A stretch of 64,000 nt of DNA from Eledone cirrhosa (Eukaryota), in contig OZ024756.1 in NCBI GenBank assembly GCA_964016885.1, forward strand, positions 3,162,001 through 3,226,000, written 5' to 3'. Every line of letters starts with the position of its first letter. Within the stretch, counting starts at the first letter, position 1. Of this stretch, positions 45,285 through 60,049 are shown piece by piece. Made by a program: the position numbers and the translations under genes. The notes beneath the pieces were generated by a model. The model searched no databases. It was not told where the DNA came from and worked only from the letters and a program-made list of their open reading frames with translations.

Positions 45285-45475
45285 CCAGTGACCTATTATA
45301 TAGAGCTAGTTTACTACTAGTTATGCAGCAATCCTAGACGTAGTTAGTATATACACCCACCACCACTGCACATTCTGTCAATTGCACAAGTCCTGATATA
45401 AATGCAGTCATTATGTTTAAAATTTCTAAATTAGTATTGGTTGCCTAATAAAGTGTTATCGTAATTCAAGTATCA

Positions 45476-46760
45476 TACACACATATGCACACACACACAT
45501 GCACACACCCGCATGCACACGTACACACACACGTACACACATACACACACATACACACACATGCACACACCCGCCTGCACACGTATATATACGCACTGAA
45601 ACGTACACACACACGTACACACATACACACACATGCACACACCCGAATGCACACGTATATATACGCACTGAAACGTACACACACACGTACACACATACAC
45701 ACACATGCACACACATGCATGCACACGTATACATACGCACTGAAACGTACACACGCACGTACACACATACACACACATGCACACACACGCATGCACACGT
45801 ATACATGCGCACAGAAACGTACACACGCACGTACACACATACACACACATACACACACATGCACACACCCGCATGCACACGTATCTATACGCACTGAAAC
45901 GTACACACGCACGTACACACATACACACACATACACACACATGCACACACCCGCATGCACACGTATCTATACGCACTGAAACGTACACACACACGTACAC
46001 ACATACACACATACACACACATGCACACATCCGCCTGCACACGTATATATACGCACTGAAACGTACACACACACGTACATACATACACACACATACACAC
46101 ACATGCACACACCCGCATGCACAAGTATATATACGCACTGAAACGTACACACACACGTACATACATACACACACATACACACACATGCACACACCCGCAT
46201 GCACACGTATATATACGCACTGAAACGTACACACACACGTACAGACATACACACACATACACACACATGCACACACCCGCATGCACACGTATATATACGC
46301 ACTGAAACGTACACACGCACGTACACACATACACACACATGCACACACACGCATGCACACGTATACATGCGCACAGAAACGTACACTCACACATGCGCAC
46401 AGACACGTACACTCACACATGCGCACAAATACGGACACTCACAGATGCGCACAGAAACGTACACTCACACATGCGCACAAATACCGACACTCACACATGC
46501 GCACAGAAACGTACACTCACACATGCGCACAGAATTGTACACTCACACATGCGCACAGACACGTACACTCACACATGCGCACAGAAACGTACACTCACAC
46601 ATGCGCACAAATACCGACACTCACACATGCGCACAGAAACGTACACTCACACATGCGCACAGAATTGTACACTCACACATGCGCACAGACACGTACACTC
46701 ACACATGCGCACAGATACGTACACTCACACATGCGCACAGATAGGTACACTCACACTGCG
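45476..46760. repeat. CA-derived compound minisatellite: 72-82-bp unit, then 26-bp unit
   Basis: GCACTGAAACGTACAC recurs every 72-82 bp up to about 46370, then GTACACTCACACATGCGCACAG recurs every 26 bp. Confidence 0.9.
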
Positions 46761-46947
46761 CACGCGCACACACACTCATACATCGAATCTTCAGCAGTTG
46801 TGGATTTCATGTTGTTGTTTACGGGGTCGATAAAATAAAGTACCAGTAATACACTGGTGTCAATTTAATCGACTTTTACCTCATACGAAAATTGTTGGCC
46901 TTGCTCTTAAATCAAAAACCATTATTATTATTGTTATTTTTATTATA

Positions 46948-47230
46948 GGGCGGTGGATTGGCAGTATCGGTAGAGGGTCGGACGCCATGTTAGGGTGGTG
47001 GATTGGCAGTATCGGTAGAGGGTCGGACGCCATGTTAGGGTGGTGGATTGGCAGTATCGGTAGAGGGTCGGACGCCATGCTTTCTAGCATAGTTACGTCC
47101 CGTTATGATCTGAGTTCAAATCCCGCCGAGGTTAACTTTGCCTTTCATCCTTACGGGGTCGATAAAATAGAGTACCAGTAATGCACTGGAATAATTGCTG
47201 GCCTTGTGCCAAACAAGTAGAACAAATTAT
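46948..47230 (+). mobile_element. Nin/Deu-domain-like tRNA SINE with triplicated 45-bp 5' head
   Basis: GGTGGATTGGCAGTATCGGTAGAGGGTCGGACGCCATG x3, B box GAGTTCAAATCC, and GCCTTTCATCCTTACGGGGTCGATAAAA..GTACCAG core. Other copies: 22685-22870(-), 38683-38790(-), 50180-50365(+), 53015-53200(+), 61942-62112(-). Confidence 0.8.
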
Positions 47231-47882
47231 TATTAATATTTTTTTTTTTCCAGATTTTCTGAGATCAACTTCCGCCATGGTCAAATGTATCTTTCATGCT
47301 TCCGGGGTCGAAAGAACAAAGTACCAGTAATGCACTGGAGTCGATTTAATTGACATTCCCTTCTCAAACTTGCTGGCATTGTGTCTAAATGAGTAGGAGG
47401 AAACTCGCGAAATTGAAAGCAGGCATCAAGAAGACCTTCAGAAAAAGAACTTCCACTAAGCAAGTGTTTCAGAACTTTGACAGCCCCAACACATACACAC
47501 CCACCTAACACTCTACGGGTGACATGTCCACCTATGTCACCATTCCTACATGTCCTCAAGCAGTTGTTTCTTCTCTAATCCGAGATGTTGCGTCCCATTC
47601 TCCTGGTATACACCTATCGGCCGCAAAAGACCATCTGTAGAACAAATATTTCACATCTATTTAAACAGCACTCAATGTCCGTTTGCTGTATCCTAACTTC
47701 CAGCTGTCATTCCTTCTTGAGCAGAACCACGTAGCTGCAGTTACAAGGCCTTGTTAGTAACAGTGTCGGGGAAGTACTTAGTACTATTTCAAATAACTTC
47801 CTTTTCATCCACCCGAGACCGATCAACCAAGGTACGAACAAATACACATAATATATACTCATACAGCACTTATATATGCATA

Positions 47883-47932
<50 letters not shown>

Positions 47933-48080
47933 TAAGCGCGCACACACACACATATATATATATATACATATATATATGTATACACACACACACATATACA
48001 TATATATATATATTTATATATATATATACATATATACATACATATATACACATATATATATATATATGTATGTATGTGTG

Positions 48081-48235
<155 letters not shown>

Positions 48236-48349
48236 GTATATATATATTATATATATGTATATATATATTATATATATGTATATATATATTATATATATGT
48301 ATATATATATTATATATATGTATATATATATTATATATATGTATATATA

Positions 48350-48390
<41 letters not shown>

Positions 48391-48776
48391 AATGTATGTG
48401 TGTGTCATCCGAGGCTACAAACAGCCGGAAGCGGATATGCAACGGCCGGAAGCATATATCGTATGGAAAATAATACTATATCTAAACATTATGATATGGA
48501 GAGTACTGTATCTAGAAATGTACCAGGGTTCAACATATAGGCCTTATTTAACTGTGATTATGGTGGTGATGATGCTGATTATGATGATGATGGTATTAGT
48601 GGTGGTAAGTATGGGGTGGGAGAGGAGGAGAAGGGGGTTAAACATGGTAATAATGACAATAGTGATGAGAATGACAATAGTGTTTTATTGTCCTGAGATG
48701 TTATAAAATGAGGTGAAGACTCTAAAAGGCGGAAAAAGAAATTGCTATGGGAGGCTATGTGAAATTGAACATTATG

Positions 48777-48917
<141 letters not shown>

Positions 48918-49088
48918 ACCCTATGTTGATTTAAAACTTCACTATTCACAAGTGTTTTTTAAGCTTCATATCATGTATCCCTATTTTATCTGACGAAAAC
49001 GCAGATATCATCACATAGTGATATTTGTTTTTGAAATGCGCATAATAAAATACTTGGAACTCTTTTAACCATCTTTTGATCTTATATT

Positions 49089-49124
<36 letters not shown>

Positions 49125-49320
49125 CCCTATGTTGATTTAAAACTTCACTATTCACAAGTGTTTTTTAAGCTTCATATCATGTATCCCTATTTTATCTGAC
49201 GAAAACGCAGATATCATCCCATAATGATATTTGTTTTTGAAACGCGCATAATAAAATACTTGGAACTCAATTAACCATCTTTTGATCTTATATTATACAT
49301 ATATATATATATATATATAT

Positions 49321-49750
49321 TATTCAGAATATTAATAAATGAAGACATTCACATAATCAAAATATATGTTTTATTATATATATTTCGAAGGTACTGTGCT
49401 GTTTTTTCAGTACGTCCTCATCAGATGAAATACATGAATTGATGTATGACATACCTCAACGGTCTTGATGGTTCAATTCCAGTATTGGCAATACTGAAAT
49501 TGAACCATCAAGAGCGTTGAGGTATGTCATACATCAATTCATGTATTTTGTCTGATGAGGACGTACTGAAAAAACAGCACAGTACCTTCGAAATATATAT
49601 AATAAAACATATATTTTGATTATGTGAATGTCTTCATTTATTAATATTCTGAATAATATTAATAACTCCAGAAACTTTTACTGTAGAGTGCTTTTACTCT
49701 ATTGTAAATCTATATTCATTGAGTAATCAATGAACCATATTAATCTTTAG

Positions 49751-49752
<2 letters not shown>
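49321..49752. mobile_element. Fold-back HHR element (H2-related)
   Basis: Palindrome 49321-49655 centred at about 49488. CTGATGA-GGACGTACTG..CAGTACCTTC-GAAA-TATATA-TA at 49552-49601, with its mirror on the minus strand. (TA)n flanks. Confidence 0.85.
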
Positions 49753-49801
<49 letters not shown>

Positions 49802-49974
49802 TTTACCTTTAACTCCAATTCCAACCCGCCCGTCCCCTCAATCTATTTTATTTCTCATTCCTTCTTCTGTTGAAGGACTAGCGTCCGAAATGTTAAGACC
49901 CTCTTCCTCAAGCGTAAACCTAATATATCCCTTCCATATACTGTACCGATTGTGTTGTTATTTCTGTTTACCTT

Positions 49975-50009
<35 letters not shown>

Positions 50010-50559
50010 TGCCGGGCAGAAGGACGTATTTTTCCTGCCGGCGGCATATCACAAAATCGAATTTCATCTGAGGATACCGTTCTTATAACAACAACAAATG
50101 CATGAATTACATCTTAATTGCATAGGAGAACCGTTGAAACAATTATAATGAATAAACGATTTATGTAACACCACCATTATTGGTGAATTGGCAGTATTGG
50201 TAGAGGGTCGGACATGCTTTCCAGCATAGTTACGTCTATTTACAATCTGAGTTCAAATCCCGCCGAGGTTAACTTTGCCTTTCATCCTTACGGGGTCGAT
50301 AAAATAAAGTACCAGTAATACACTGAGATAATTGCTGGCCTTGTGCCAAAAAGTAGAAACAATTATTAATGTTATTATTATTGCATGCATATATGTGTGT
50401 GCGTTTGTACGTGTGCGCGTGTGCGTGTGTGTGTGTGCGTGTGCGCGTGTGTGATTGTGTGTGCATACAAAAAATAATACGTATGTGATACCTACATGAA
50501 ATACCACATAGTTACTATGGTACAAAATATCACAATATTCAATGTATATTATATCTATT

Positions 50560-52105
50560 TAGGTTTCACAGCACCTCACAAGCAAGGTTCTCTTATATTT
50601 AAGTTTCATAATAACACATCCCTAACATGGGTGTCTTATACTTAACTTTCACAATACAACATCACATCAATACTACGGCTGTCTTACATTTAAACTTCAC
50701 AACACCTCACAACCATGGCTGTCTTACATTTAAACTTCACAACACCTCACGACCAACGCTGTATTATATCTAGAAAGAACAAAGTACCAGCAATGCACTA
50801 ATTGTTACAACACCTCACGACCAAGGCAGTCTTATATCTAAGTTTCACATCTCACAACCAAGCCACTCTGATATTTCAGTTTCACAACACCTCACGACCA
50901 GGGTACTCTTATATCTAAGTTTCACAGCACCTCACGACCAAAGCACTCTTACACCCTAGATTCACAACACCTCATAAGCAAGGTATTCTTATATCTAAGT
51001 TGCACAACACCTCGCATCCAAGTAAGTCTTATATCTAAGCTGCACAACACCTCACAACCAAGTAAGTCTTATATCTAAGTTGCACAACACCTCACAACCA
51101 AGTAAGTTTAATATCTAAGCTGCACAACACCTCACAACCAAGTAAGTCTTATATCTAAGTTCCACAAGACCTCACAACCAAGTAAGTCTGATATCTAAGC
51201 TGCACAACACCTCACAACCAAGTAAGTCTTATATCTAAGTTGCACAACACCTCACAACCAAGTAAGTTTAATATCTAAGCTGCACAACACCTCACAACCA
51301 AGTAAGTCTTATATCTAAGCTGCACAACACCTCACAACCAAGTAAGTCTTATATCTAAGCTGCACAACACCTCACAACCAAGTAAGTCTTATATCTAAGT
51401 TGCACAACACCTCACAACTAAGTAAGTCTTATATCTAAGTTTCACAACACCTCACAACCATAACTCCCTTACATTTACGTTTCACAAAATCTCACAACCA
51501 TAGCTCCGTTACATTTACGTTTCACAACATCTCACAACCATAGCTCCCTTACATTTACGTTTCACAACATCTCACAACCTTGGCTCCCTTACATTTACGT
51601 TTCACAAAATCTCACAACCATAGCTCCGTTACATTTACGTTTCACAACATCTCACAACCATAGCTCCCTTACATTTACGTTTCACAACATCTCACAACCT
51701 TGGCTCCCTTACATTTACGTTTCATAAAATCTCACAACCATAGCTCCCTTACATTTACGTTTCACAACATCTCACAACCATAGCTCCGTTACATTTACGT
51801 TTCACAACACCTCACAACCATAGCTCCCTTACATTTACGTTTCACAACACCTCACAACCATAGCTCTGTTACATTTACGTTTCACAAAATCTCACAACCA
51901 TAGCTCCGTTACATTTACGTTTCACAAAATCTCACAACCATAGCTCCGTTACATTTACGTTTCACAAAATCTAACAACACCTCCCATCAACACCATGGCT
52001 GTCTTATATTTAAGTGTCACAACACCTCACGACCATAGCTCCCTTACATTTACGTTTCACAACACCACACAACACCTCCCATCAACACCATGGCTGTCTT
52101 ACATA
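50560..52105. repeat. 40-bp minisatellite with two subtypes
   Basis: TGCACAACACCTCACAACCAAGTAAGTCTTATATCTAAGY (about 51001-51440), then TTCACAACATCTCACAACCATAGCTCCSTTACATTTACGT (51441-51970), with degenerate flanks. Confidence 0.95.
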
Positions 52106-52270
52106 ATTTCTACCTAGAATTAATGGCAGCTTTCAACTACTGAAGCTTTTAGATGTAATCGATGTTCAATATTATTGACTGGTTTCTAAGAAAAATATAA
52201 ATCAAAGATAAGCAAATATGGACTCTGTCCTAGGTTACTTATATCAAATGGGATGGTTTCTACTGTTATA

Positions 52271-52340
<70 letters not shown>

Positions 52341-52357
52341 AGTGGTAATAGTGGTAA

Positions 52358-52414
<57 letters not shown>

Positions 52415-52426
52415 TGGTAGTGGTAA

Positions 52427-52457
<31 letters not shown>

Positions 52458-53473
52458 TGTGATACTAATATTGGCACTAGGCCAACAATTTCGGCGTAGG
52501 AAAACTTTGATAACATTAACCGTAGGTTTTGAAAGTTGCTTCAATGTATCGTGTATCGACCTCGGAAAGATGAAAGGAAAAGTTTATATCAGCGGACTTT
52601 CAATTCAGAACATAAAAAAGAGTTCATGGAAATTCACAGCTTTCTAAATGTTCTTATTTATAAAATTAGATAGTGAAATAGACCTTCCGCCATATTTTTG
52701 ACTAATTAAATTAGCCTAATAGTTGTCATGATAGCCAAAGATGTGGGTTCGTCTCCCAGGTACATCAAAGCTCATCCTTTTTCCAAACTGGGTTTTTTTA
52801 TAACTCCAACTATTAGGTTAGTTTAATTAGTAAAAAAATAAGGCGGAAGCTCTGTTTCACTATCTAATTTTCACTTTCTCCCCTGTTTGTAAACAAAGTT
52901 AATTTTCAAAACAACGCTAAGCTCTGTTCTTGTTTATATTTTCGTACAGAAATTTATCGATCTTCATAAAAATCATTTCATTTTGTTAATGATTACGGTG
53001 GATTTAAAGTAATCGGTAGAGCACCAGTCAACATGATTTGCGATATATAGTTATATCACTTTGCCTCCTTAGTTTAAATCCCGTCGAGGTTAGCTTAGCT
53101 TTTCATCACTACAGAGTCGTTGAAATAAAGTACCAGTAACCCACTGGGGTCGATTTAATCAACTTCCCTCTCTCCCAAAATAGTTCGCTTGTTTCTGAAT
53201 CAGAAAATATTATGTCTTCGATTTCGTTGTTCAGATAAAGTTGTTTGAAGCATCACAATAAAACTGATATCACTATATATAGATTAATAAATATTAGAGG
53301 AGAATTGCTACACAGACGCCATTTTGAGGGATGGGTTTGTTAATTATATCCATACTATTGCTTCGTTGATTGGAGAACATTAAATAACCAAGTAGAAATT
53401 CTGTAGAGCTAAACTGAGACAAACAGCAATGGACATAATTATATAGAGTAGAAGGAATAGGTGTGAAGGGGGA

Positions 53474-53556
53474 AGGAGGAGGAGGAGGAGGAGGAGGAGG
53501 GGGAGGAGGAGGGGGAGGAGGAGGAGGAGGAGGAGGAGGAGGAGGAGGAGGAGGAG
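53474..53556. repeat. (GGA)n microsatellite
   Basis: Direct reading. Confidence 0.95.
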
Positions 53557-53880
53557 AAGAAATATGATCAACATCAATAATAATAATGTAATTAAAAGAT
53601 ATATTAACAAAAAAATAACAATATGAAATAAGTAAAAAATATATAAAAACAACAATAAGACATTAATACACACATACATGTTTACAGACATACATATATA
53701 TAAATATGAATATATATATTATCATATATATGTATATTTAGAAATGTTATACACACATACACACACACATATATAATATTTCTAAATATACATATATATA
53801 TATTTGATATTATATATATATTATTTGATATACATGTGTATATATAGAAATATTATATATATATAATACTTCTAAACAAT

Positions 53881-54220
53881 AAGCTTCCTGATGATTTCTC
53901 ACGAATGAAAAAGTTCTAGTCCTGTAGAAGCTTTTCTATATTAAAACATTTATACTCTGCTATGTAGTGAGTACCTTACTTACTGTGGTTACCCCTGATT
54001 GAACCCGGGATAAATATATATATATATATATGTTTATCCCGGGTTCAATCGGGGGTAACCACAGTAAGTAAGGTACTCAATACATAGCAGAGTATAAATA
54101 TTTTATATAGAAATTGGGTTCTAAAGGAGTAGAACAGTTCCATTCGGAGGCAATTTACATCGGGTCTTTCCTCATGATTTCCTCCGCATGAAACAGTCCT
54201 GTAGAAGCCATTTCTATATC
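53881..54220. mobile_element. Three H3 units in alternating orientation
   Basis: 53881-54014 plus, 54033-54165 minus, 54166-54219 plus. The first two are separated by a short (TA)n. Confidence 0.75.
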
Positions 54221-54535
54221 ATATATATATATATACAAATGAAAGTACAGGATATTCGAAGTTCGAGCAGCAGCTAAGCCAATGAATGCCTTCAGCATAT
54301 ATATATCATTTATTTTTTTATCATTTATTTTGTGTTGACCTGTTTAGATTGATTTGGTTTTTGGCTTGGATGGTTAATGCTTTCTTGACCACCTTTTCAG
54401 TTTTGTATTGCTTCTTAACACATTGTTTAGCTCTGGTTTTTAACTATTGAGCACTTTGCCAGTATCATTTCTGATTTTTGCGTTTCGCTTCGCTTTTCCT
54501 GCCCGCCGAAATTCGATTCTCACTGAATCTTTATT

Positions 54536-54597
<62 letters not shown>

Positions 54598-54599
54598 CA

Positions 54600-55036
54600 A
54601 TGATATTAAATATATGGAAACTATATTTATAAAACTATATTTATTCTATTATATATATTTCAAGAGTACCAACATCTTTGGTACGCTTTCATCAGATAAA
54701 ATACAAAGTGTGTTTTATAAATTTTGACATAGCCAAGGAAATATACCTTATCAGTTGAATTTTCCTTGGATAGTCCAAGGAAAATTCAACTGATAAGGTA
54801 TATTTCCTTGGCTATGTCAAAATTTATAAAACACACTTTGTATTTTATCTGATGAAAGCGTACTAAAGATTTTGGTACTCTTGAAATATATATAATAGAA
54901 TAAATATGATTTTATAAATATCGTTTCAATTTATTAAATATCATTGAATATTTACTCCAGAATTGTCGAGTGCTCTGAATCAGTTATAAACATGTATATT
55001 TGTTGAATTTCCAACAAATTAAATATCCCTTCTACT
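54600..55036. mobile_element. Fold-back HHR element (H6)
   Basis: Palindrome of about 54601-54943 centred at TTGGA-TAG-TCCAA (about 54772), with an HHR on both strands and (TA)n flanks. Confidence 0.85.
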
Positions 55037-55071
<35 letters not shown>

Positions 55072-55904
55072 TAAGAAAGTAAAACCCTTATATATATATA
55101 TATATATTTCTCCGTTTCTCTCGCCATCTCTGCTTGATCGCTTCTCTTCAACATTCTCTATAAGTGATGATGACAATCGTGATGATGGTGATGATAAATT
55201 CTCTCCGATTGCACACACACACACACACACATACTCTATCCCCCCCTCTGTTTCTCTCCCTCCATCTCTCTATACACCCACATTCACTCTATGTAAGCTG
55301 GTATTTACAACAACAATAATAAAACACTACAACAATATGTTTGTTTTTCGTATGTTTATGTAATTTTTATCGATTTTTTAACCAACAAAGACAATGGAAC
55401 TTGGTAAAGGAGCATATAACCGTTTCTTTTTCTTTTCCCTTCGTAATCTTGTCTCTTTTGTCTTTATCATACATATACTATATAGTATATAATATATATT
55501 ACGTATATATACAAATACATACATATAAATTATATATATATATGTGTGAATACATATATATATATATATATATGTATACATACATATACATATGTATAAG
55601 TCTATATATACATATATACATATATATATATTTATAAATATATATATATATATAGCCATATACATATACGTATATATATATAAATATATATATATATAGA
55701 CATACATATACGTATATATATATATATATATATAGACATATACATATATATACATATAAGTATACATATATATATGCATGTTCAAATACATACAATAATA
55801 TATACATTTGTATGTACATATAAATGCATATATATACATACTTATATATTATATATATGTATATATACATATTTATATATCATATATATATATACTCAAA
55901 CATA

Positions 55905-55942
<38 letters not shown>

Positions 55943-56248
55943 CTATAATATTTTTTATAATAATATATCCAGTGTTTATCGTTTTTTATATCTTTTGTTT
56001 CTTTCATTGTTATTTATTGTTTTTTTTTTAATCACTGTTATTTTGTGTGTTATGTTTAGCTGTCTTTCATGCTCAAATCTCGCTTTGTCTCGCTTTATCT
56101 CGCCTCATCTCGCTTCACATATTTTTTAAATCATATTTTCCACCATCATCTTCTATCGCTCATCCTTTTCATACAAATTTCACTCTAGCTATCTCTCTAA
56201 TATACATTATTAATTTTTTTACACACAGACACACACACATGTATACAT

Positions 56249-56292
<44 letters not shown>

Positions 56293-56296
56293 TTAA

Positions 56297-56327
<31 letters not shown>

Positions 56328-56506
56328 CATACATATACATATATGCATAATATATAATCATATATATACATAAATATATATACATACATTATATATATAT
56401 ATGCATACATGTATATATATGCATATGTATATATATATATACATATATACATATATATATACATATATATATACATATATATACATATATATATACATAT
56501 ATATAC

Positions 56507-56539
<33 letters not shown>

Positions 56540-56547
56540 GATACATA

Positions 56548-56581
<34 letters not shown>

Positions 56582-56592
56582 CATATATATAC

Positions 56593-56693
<101 letters not shown>

Positions 56694-56781
56694 TATATAC
56701 ATATATATAATCATATATAATCATATATATACATATATATACATATATACACATATATATACATATACATATATACACATG

Positions 56782-56826
<45 letters not shown>

Positions 56827-56894
56827 TTATATATACATATATGTATTTATGTACATACATATATATATATATATGCATATACATATATACACAA

Positions 56895-56942
<48 letters not shown>

Positions 56943-56949
56943 GTATATA

Positions 56950-57001
<52 letters not shown>

Positions 57002-57136
57002 CATATACATATACATATATATATATATATATGCATATACATATATATATATACACAAATATATATATATATATATATATATATCATTCAAATTGTTATC
57101 CCTTTCACAAGCACTCAGGTATATATTTTTTTACCT

Positions 57137-59197
57137 TTAAAATTTTCCCCCACAGTCGTAGGTATACGGTGTTGGCGTTTTATAGGGGGTACGGAATGCA
57201 GCGGCGAGTTGGCAACTCGCCGCCGTGGCGGACTGGTTCTGACTCTGCGAGGCAGATAAAAGGCGTTGTGATTCGAACATGTCTCTCATATTTCCAAAAG
57301 GTGATGTAGTAAAATCGGAGCTGTGATGATTCAGTTCAGACGGTGGGGGCACGTACCACGAGTTTGCTCTGGCGTATGATTGTGTGTTGGAGAACATACT
57401 GTGGGTAAGTCCGTTGGCGGTCTGGGTGAGGGCCGCCGCATGGGGGTTTGATGGGTTCATCAAATCGTGATCGCTCACAGATTGTCCCGTTGCAATGTTC
57501 ATGGATTGGCCGCCATTCGGCGAGAACACGGACTGACCGCTGCAGTGGTAGTTATAGCCGCTGTTAGCTGCTGCAGCCGCCGCCGCCGCCGCCGCCGCAG
57601 CCGCCGCCGCCGCTGTCTGAGAACACGAGGTATTTCGGTAAATGTCCGCCGCCGTGGCTACACTGGATCCCGTTGAAGACCGCGAAGACCCATACGGTAA
57701 TATCTGAGGGGACACCAATGGAGGAGGTCGGCTGTTGACGTAGTTAGAGGAGGCGGCAGCAGCTGCTGCAGCCGCAGCAACTGCAGCAGCTGAAGACATA
57801 TCACATGAGGTTGTGTGGGGTACAGTCATTAGATTTTCTACAGAGAAACTGCTTGATGTTGTGATCTCCATGTTTATAGGATCGGTTGGGATAGGTAGAG
57901 TGTTAGGGTTCGGATGCAAACGAGTGGACGACACAATCAGGCCACAATCATTGCGTGGTGAATCCATTGGTTCTAGTTTCGGTGTAGTCATTGATGTGGT
58001 AGAAGCGACTTCAACAGCAGCACCACCTGTTACAGTACCGTTGCATATAACGTTAGTATTTCCTGCCAAAGAACTCGTACCTCCAGAGACTGGAGATGAT
58101 GTGTTCGGTGTTGTCTTTCGATCTTCGTTACCTGTGCTGTGGTTGTCATTTGATGCCACACGTTTGCTACTACTACTACTGCTATTGTTGTTACTGTTAC
58201 TACTGCTACTGCCGGTGTTGTTATTACCACTGGTACCATTACTGCTACTATTGTTACTGTTACCGCTGTGATGATGATGATGTTGATGATGGTTCTGTTG
58301 TTGATGGTGTTGTTGTTGCTGTTGCTGTTGCTGTTGTTGTTGTTGGCTATGGTGATGATGGTGGTGATGATGATGGTGGCTGCTGTTGTGTTGGCTGTGT
58401 GGATGATGATCATGGTGCTGTGAATGATGATGATCTGGGGAAGAACTTTCGTTCAGGGACGAGTTTTGAGATTCGGCGCAGTTGACCTCCGATGGATCAT
58501 CACCGGTACCACTGTGCCCAGTAACACCAACACTGGTCACGCCTCCCGCTGGTCCGGCACCAACACCGGAATTTCCGATCATCAAAGAGGAAGAGGATTT
58601 GTCACGTTCCTTCTGTAGTTCTATGGCCAGTTGCTTTTCACGCTCTTCGCGTTCTTTGATGGCGTCTTTCTTCTTAAACCGTTTTCTCCTGCGTAAATAA
58701 CTTCCATTATCAAACATATTATAGCTATCTGGGTCTAGAGTCCAATAGCTCCCCTTCCCTGGTTTCTTATCGTCTCTTGCTACTTTTATAAAACATTCAT
58801 TGAGGGACAAATTATGACGAATACTGTTCTGCCAGCCCTGTTTGTTTTCACGGTAGAATGGGAAGCGTTCCATAATGAACTGGTAAATCCCGTTCAACGT
58901 TATTTTCTTATCGGGCTGGCTTTTAATGGCCATAGCTATTAGGGCTATATAACTATAGGGTGGTTTCACCATATCTTTGGCACCATGGTGAGCTGGTGCA
59001 TAAGGACTAGCATATATGGATGGCCCTCGACTCATCGCTCCGTATTGATCGTGTCCATACATTGCCATACCACCCATGGACATGCCAGCATAGGCCCCAT
59101 GTCGGTAGTAGTTTTGGTCTCCGAACAGTGTTGGAACCATGCTTAGACTCGGTCCATTTGTTGTCGGATATCTTGGTTGAAGTGTGTTTGATTGCAT
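57137..59197 (-). CDS. FoxC: Forkhead box C transcription factor, single coding exon, 686 aa
   Basis: Forkhead domain [98 protein letters not shown] matches the FoxC class. Also an eh1-like FSVENLM motif and a C-terminal YDCGGKF resembling the FoxC YDCxKF end. The ORF is uninterrupted. Confidence 0.95.
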   Translation of the reverse strand: MQSNTLQPRYPTTNGPSLSMVPTLFGDQNYYRHGAYAGMSMGGMAMYGHDQYGAMSRGPSIYASPYAPAHHGAKDMVKPPYSYIALIAMAIKSQPDKKITLNGIYQFIMERFPFYRENKQGWQNSIRHNLSLNECFIKVARDDKKPGKGSYWTLDPDSYNMFDNGSYLRRRKRFKKKDAIKEREEREKQLAIELQKERDKSSSSLMIGNSGVGAGPAGGVTSVGVTGHSGTGDDPSEVNCAESQNSSLNESSSPDHHHSQHHDHHPHSQHNSSHHHHHHHHHHSQQQQQQQQQQQQHHQQQNHHQHHHHHSGNSNNSSSNGTSGNNNTGSSSSNSNNNSSSSSSKRVASNDNHSTGNEDRKTTPNTSSPVSGGTSSLAGNTNVICNGTVTGGAAVEVASTTSMTTPKLEPMDSPRNDCGLIVSSTRLHPNPNTLPIPTDPINMEITTSSSFSVENLMTVPHTTSCDMSSAAAVAAAAAAAAASSNYVNSRPPPLVSPQILPYGSSRSSTGSSVATAADIYRNTSCSQTAAAAAAAAAAAAAAAANSGYNYHCSGQSVFSPNGGQSMNIATGQSVSDHDLMNPSNPHAAALTQTANGLTHSMFSNTQSYARANSWYVPPPSELNHHSSDFTTSPFGNMRDMFESQRLLSASQSQNQSATAASCQLAAAFRTPYKTPTPYTYDCGGKF

Positions 59198-59326
59198 GGC
59201 TCATAACGTTAAAAACAATATAGCTATTGAAGAAGGAATTGTCCACATTGAAATTAGCAGACAGCCATTTCAATATTCTTCGGGGCTATTTCTTTTCTTG
59301 TTAGCTCTCGTTCTTTAGGGGAAAAT

Positions 59327-59350
59327 CTGCAATAAATAGAAAAAGAAAAT
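59327..59350 (-). other. Probable splice acceptor of an intron in the FoxC 5' UTR
   Basis: Minus strand reads ATTTTCTTTTTCTATTTATTGCAG|ATTTTCCC, a polypyrimidine tract plus CAG about 130 nt upstream of the ATG, at the switch from AT-rich to exon-like sequence. Confidence 0.55.
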
Positions 59351-60049
59351 ATAGTTTAATACTAAATCAAAGGAACAGATTATCTTCATTTCAAATATTA
59401 TTACATATTAATTAATCAATATTACATATGAAGTAATTATTATTAATAACATATTACATATTAAGTAATTATTATTAATGAAATATTATTACATATTAAG
59501 TAACTATTACATATTAAGTAATTATTATTAATAACTTTTTATTACATATTAAGTATTATTAATAATACGGGCGAACTAGATATTAAATAATATATGTATA
59601 TTTGATAATATTTGTATATGTTAAATATACGCAGTATATGTTAAATATATACAATATAATAAAATATATGCAGTATATATTAAATATGTGTAGTATATGA
59701 TAAATATATATAGTATATATTATATAATAGATGTATTTGCGAAATAAGAGTAGTATATATTATACAATATATGATTATATATGTTAAATATACGCATTGT
59801 ATGTTAAATATATGTTAAACAACATTATACATTAAATTTATGCAGTATATATTAAATAATAGAAATATATTTTAAATTATATATATGATAAATATATATA
59901 TATAAAATATATATATATATTGAATAATATCTATGTTAAATAACAGAGGCATATATGAAAAAAACAGCAGTATATATTCAACAATTGTAGCATAGCACCT
60001 ATTGATTTCTCATTTAGGCAGAACGCCATGTTTGGGAGGGGTCTATTGA

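Noticed and set aside
50560-52105. CRISPR-like look of the 40-bp and 60-bp arrays and the AACACCTGCA array
   Set aside because: The units are tandem with no unique spacers, there are no cas genes, and the context is eukaryotic.
57467-58700. Antisense ORFs overlapping FoxC
   Set aside because: By-products of triplet repeats and codon structure in the FoxC CDS.
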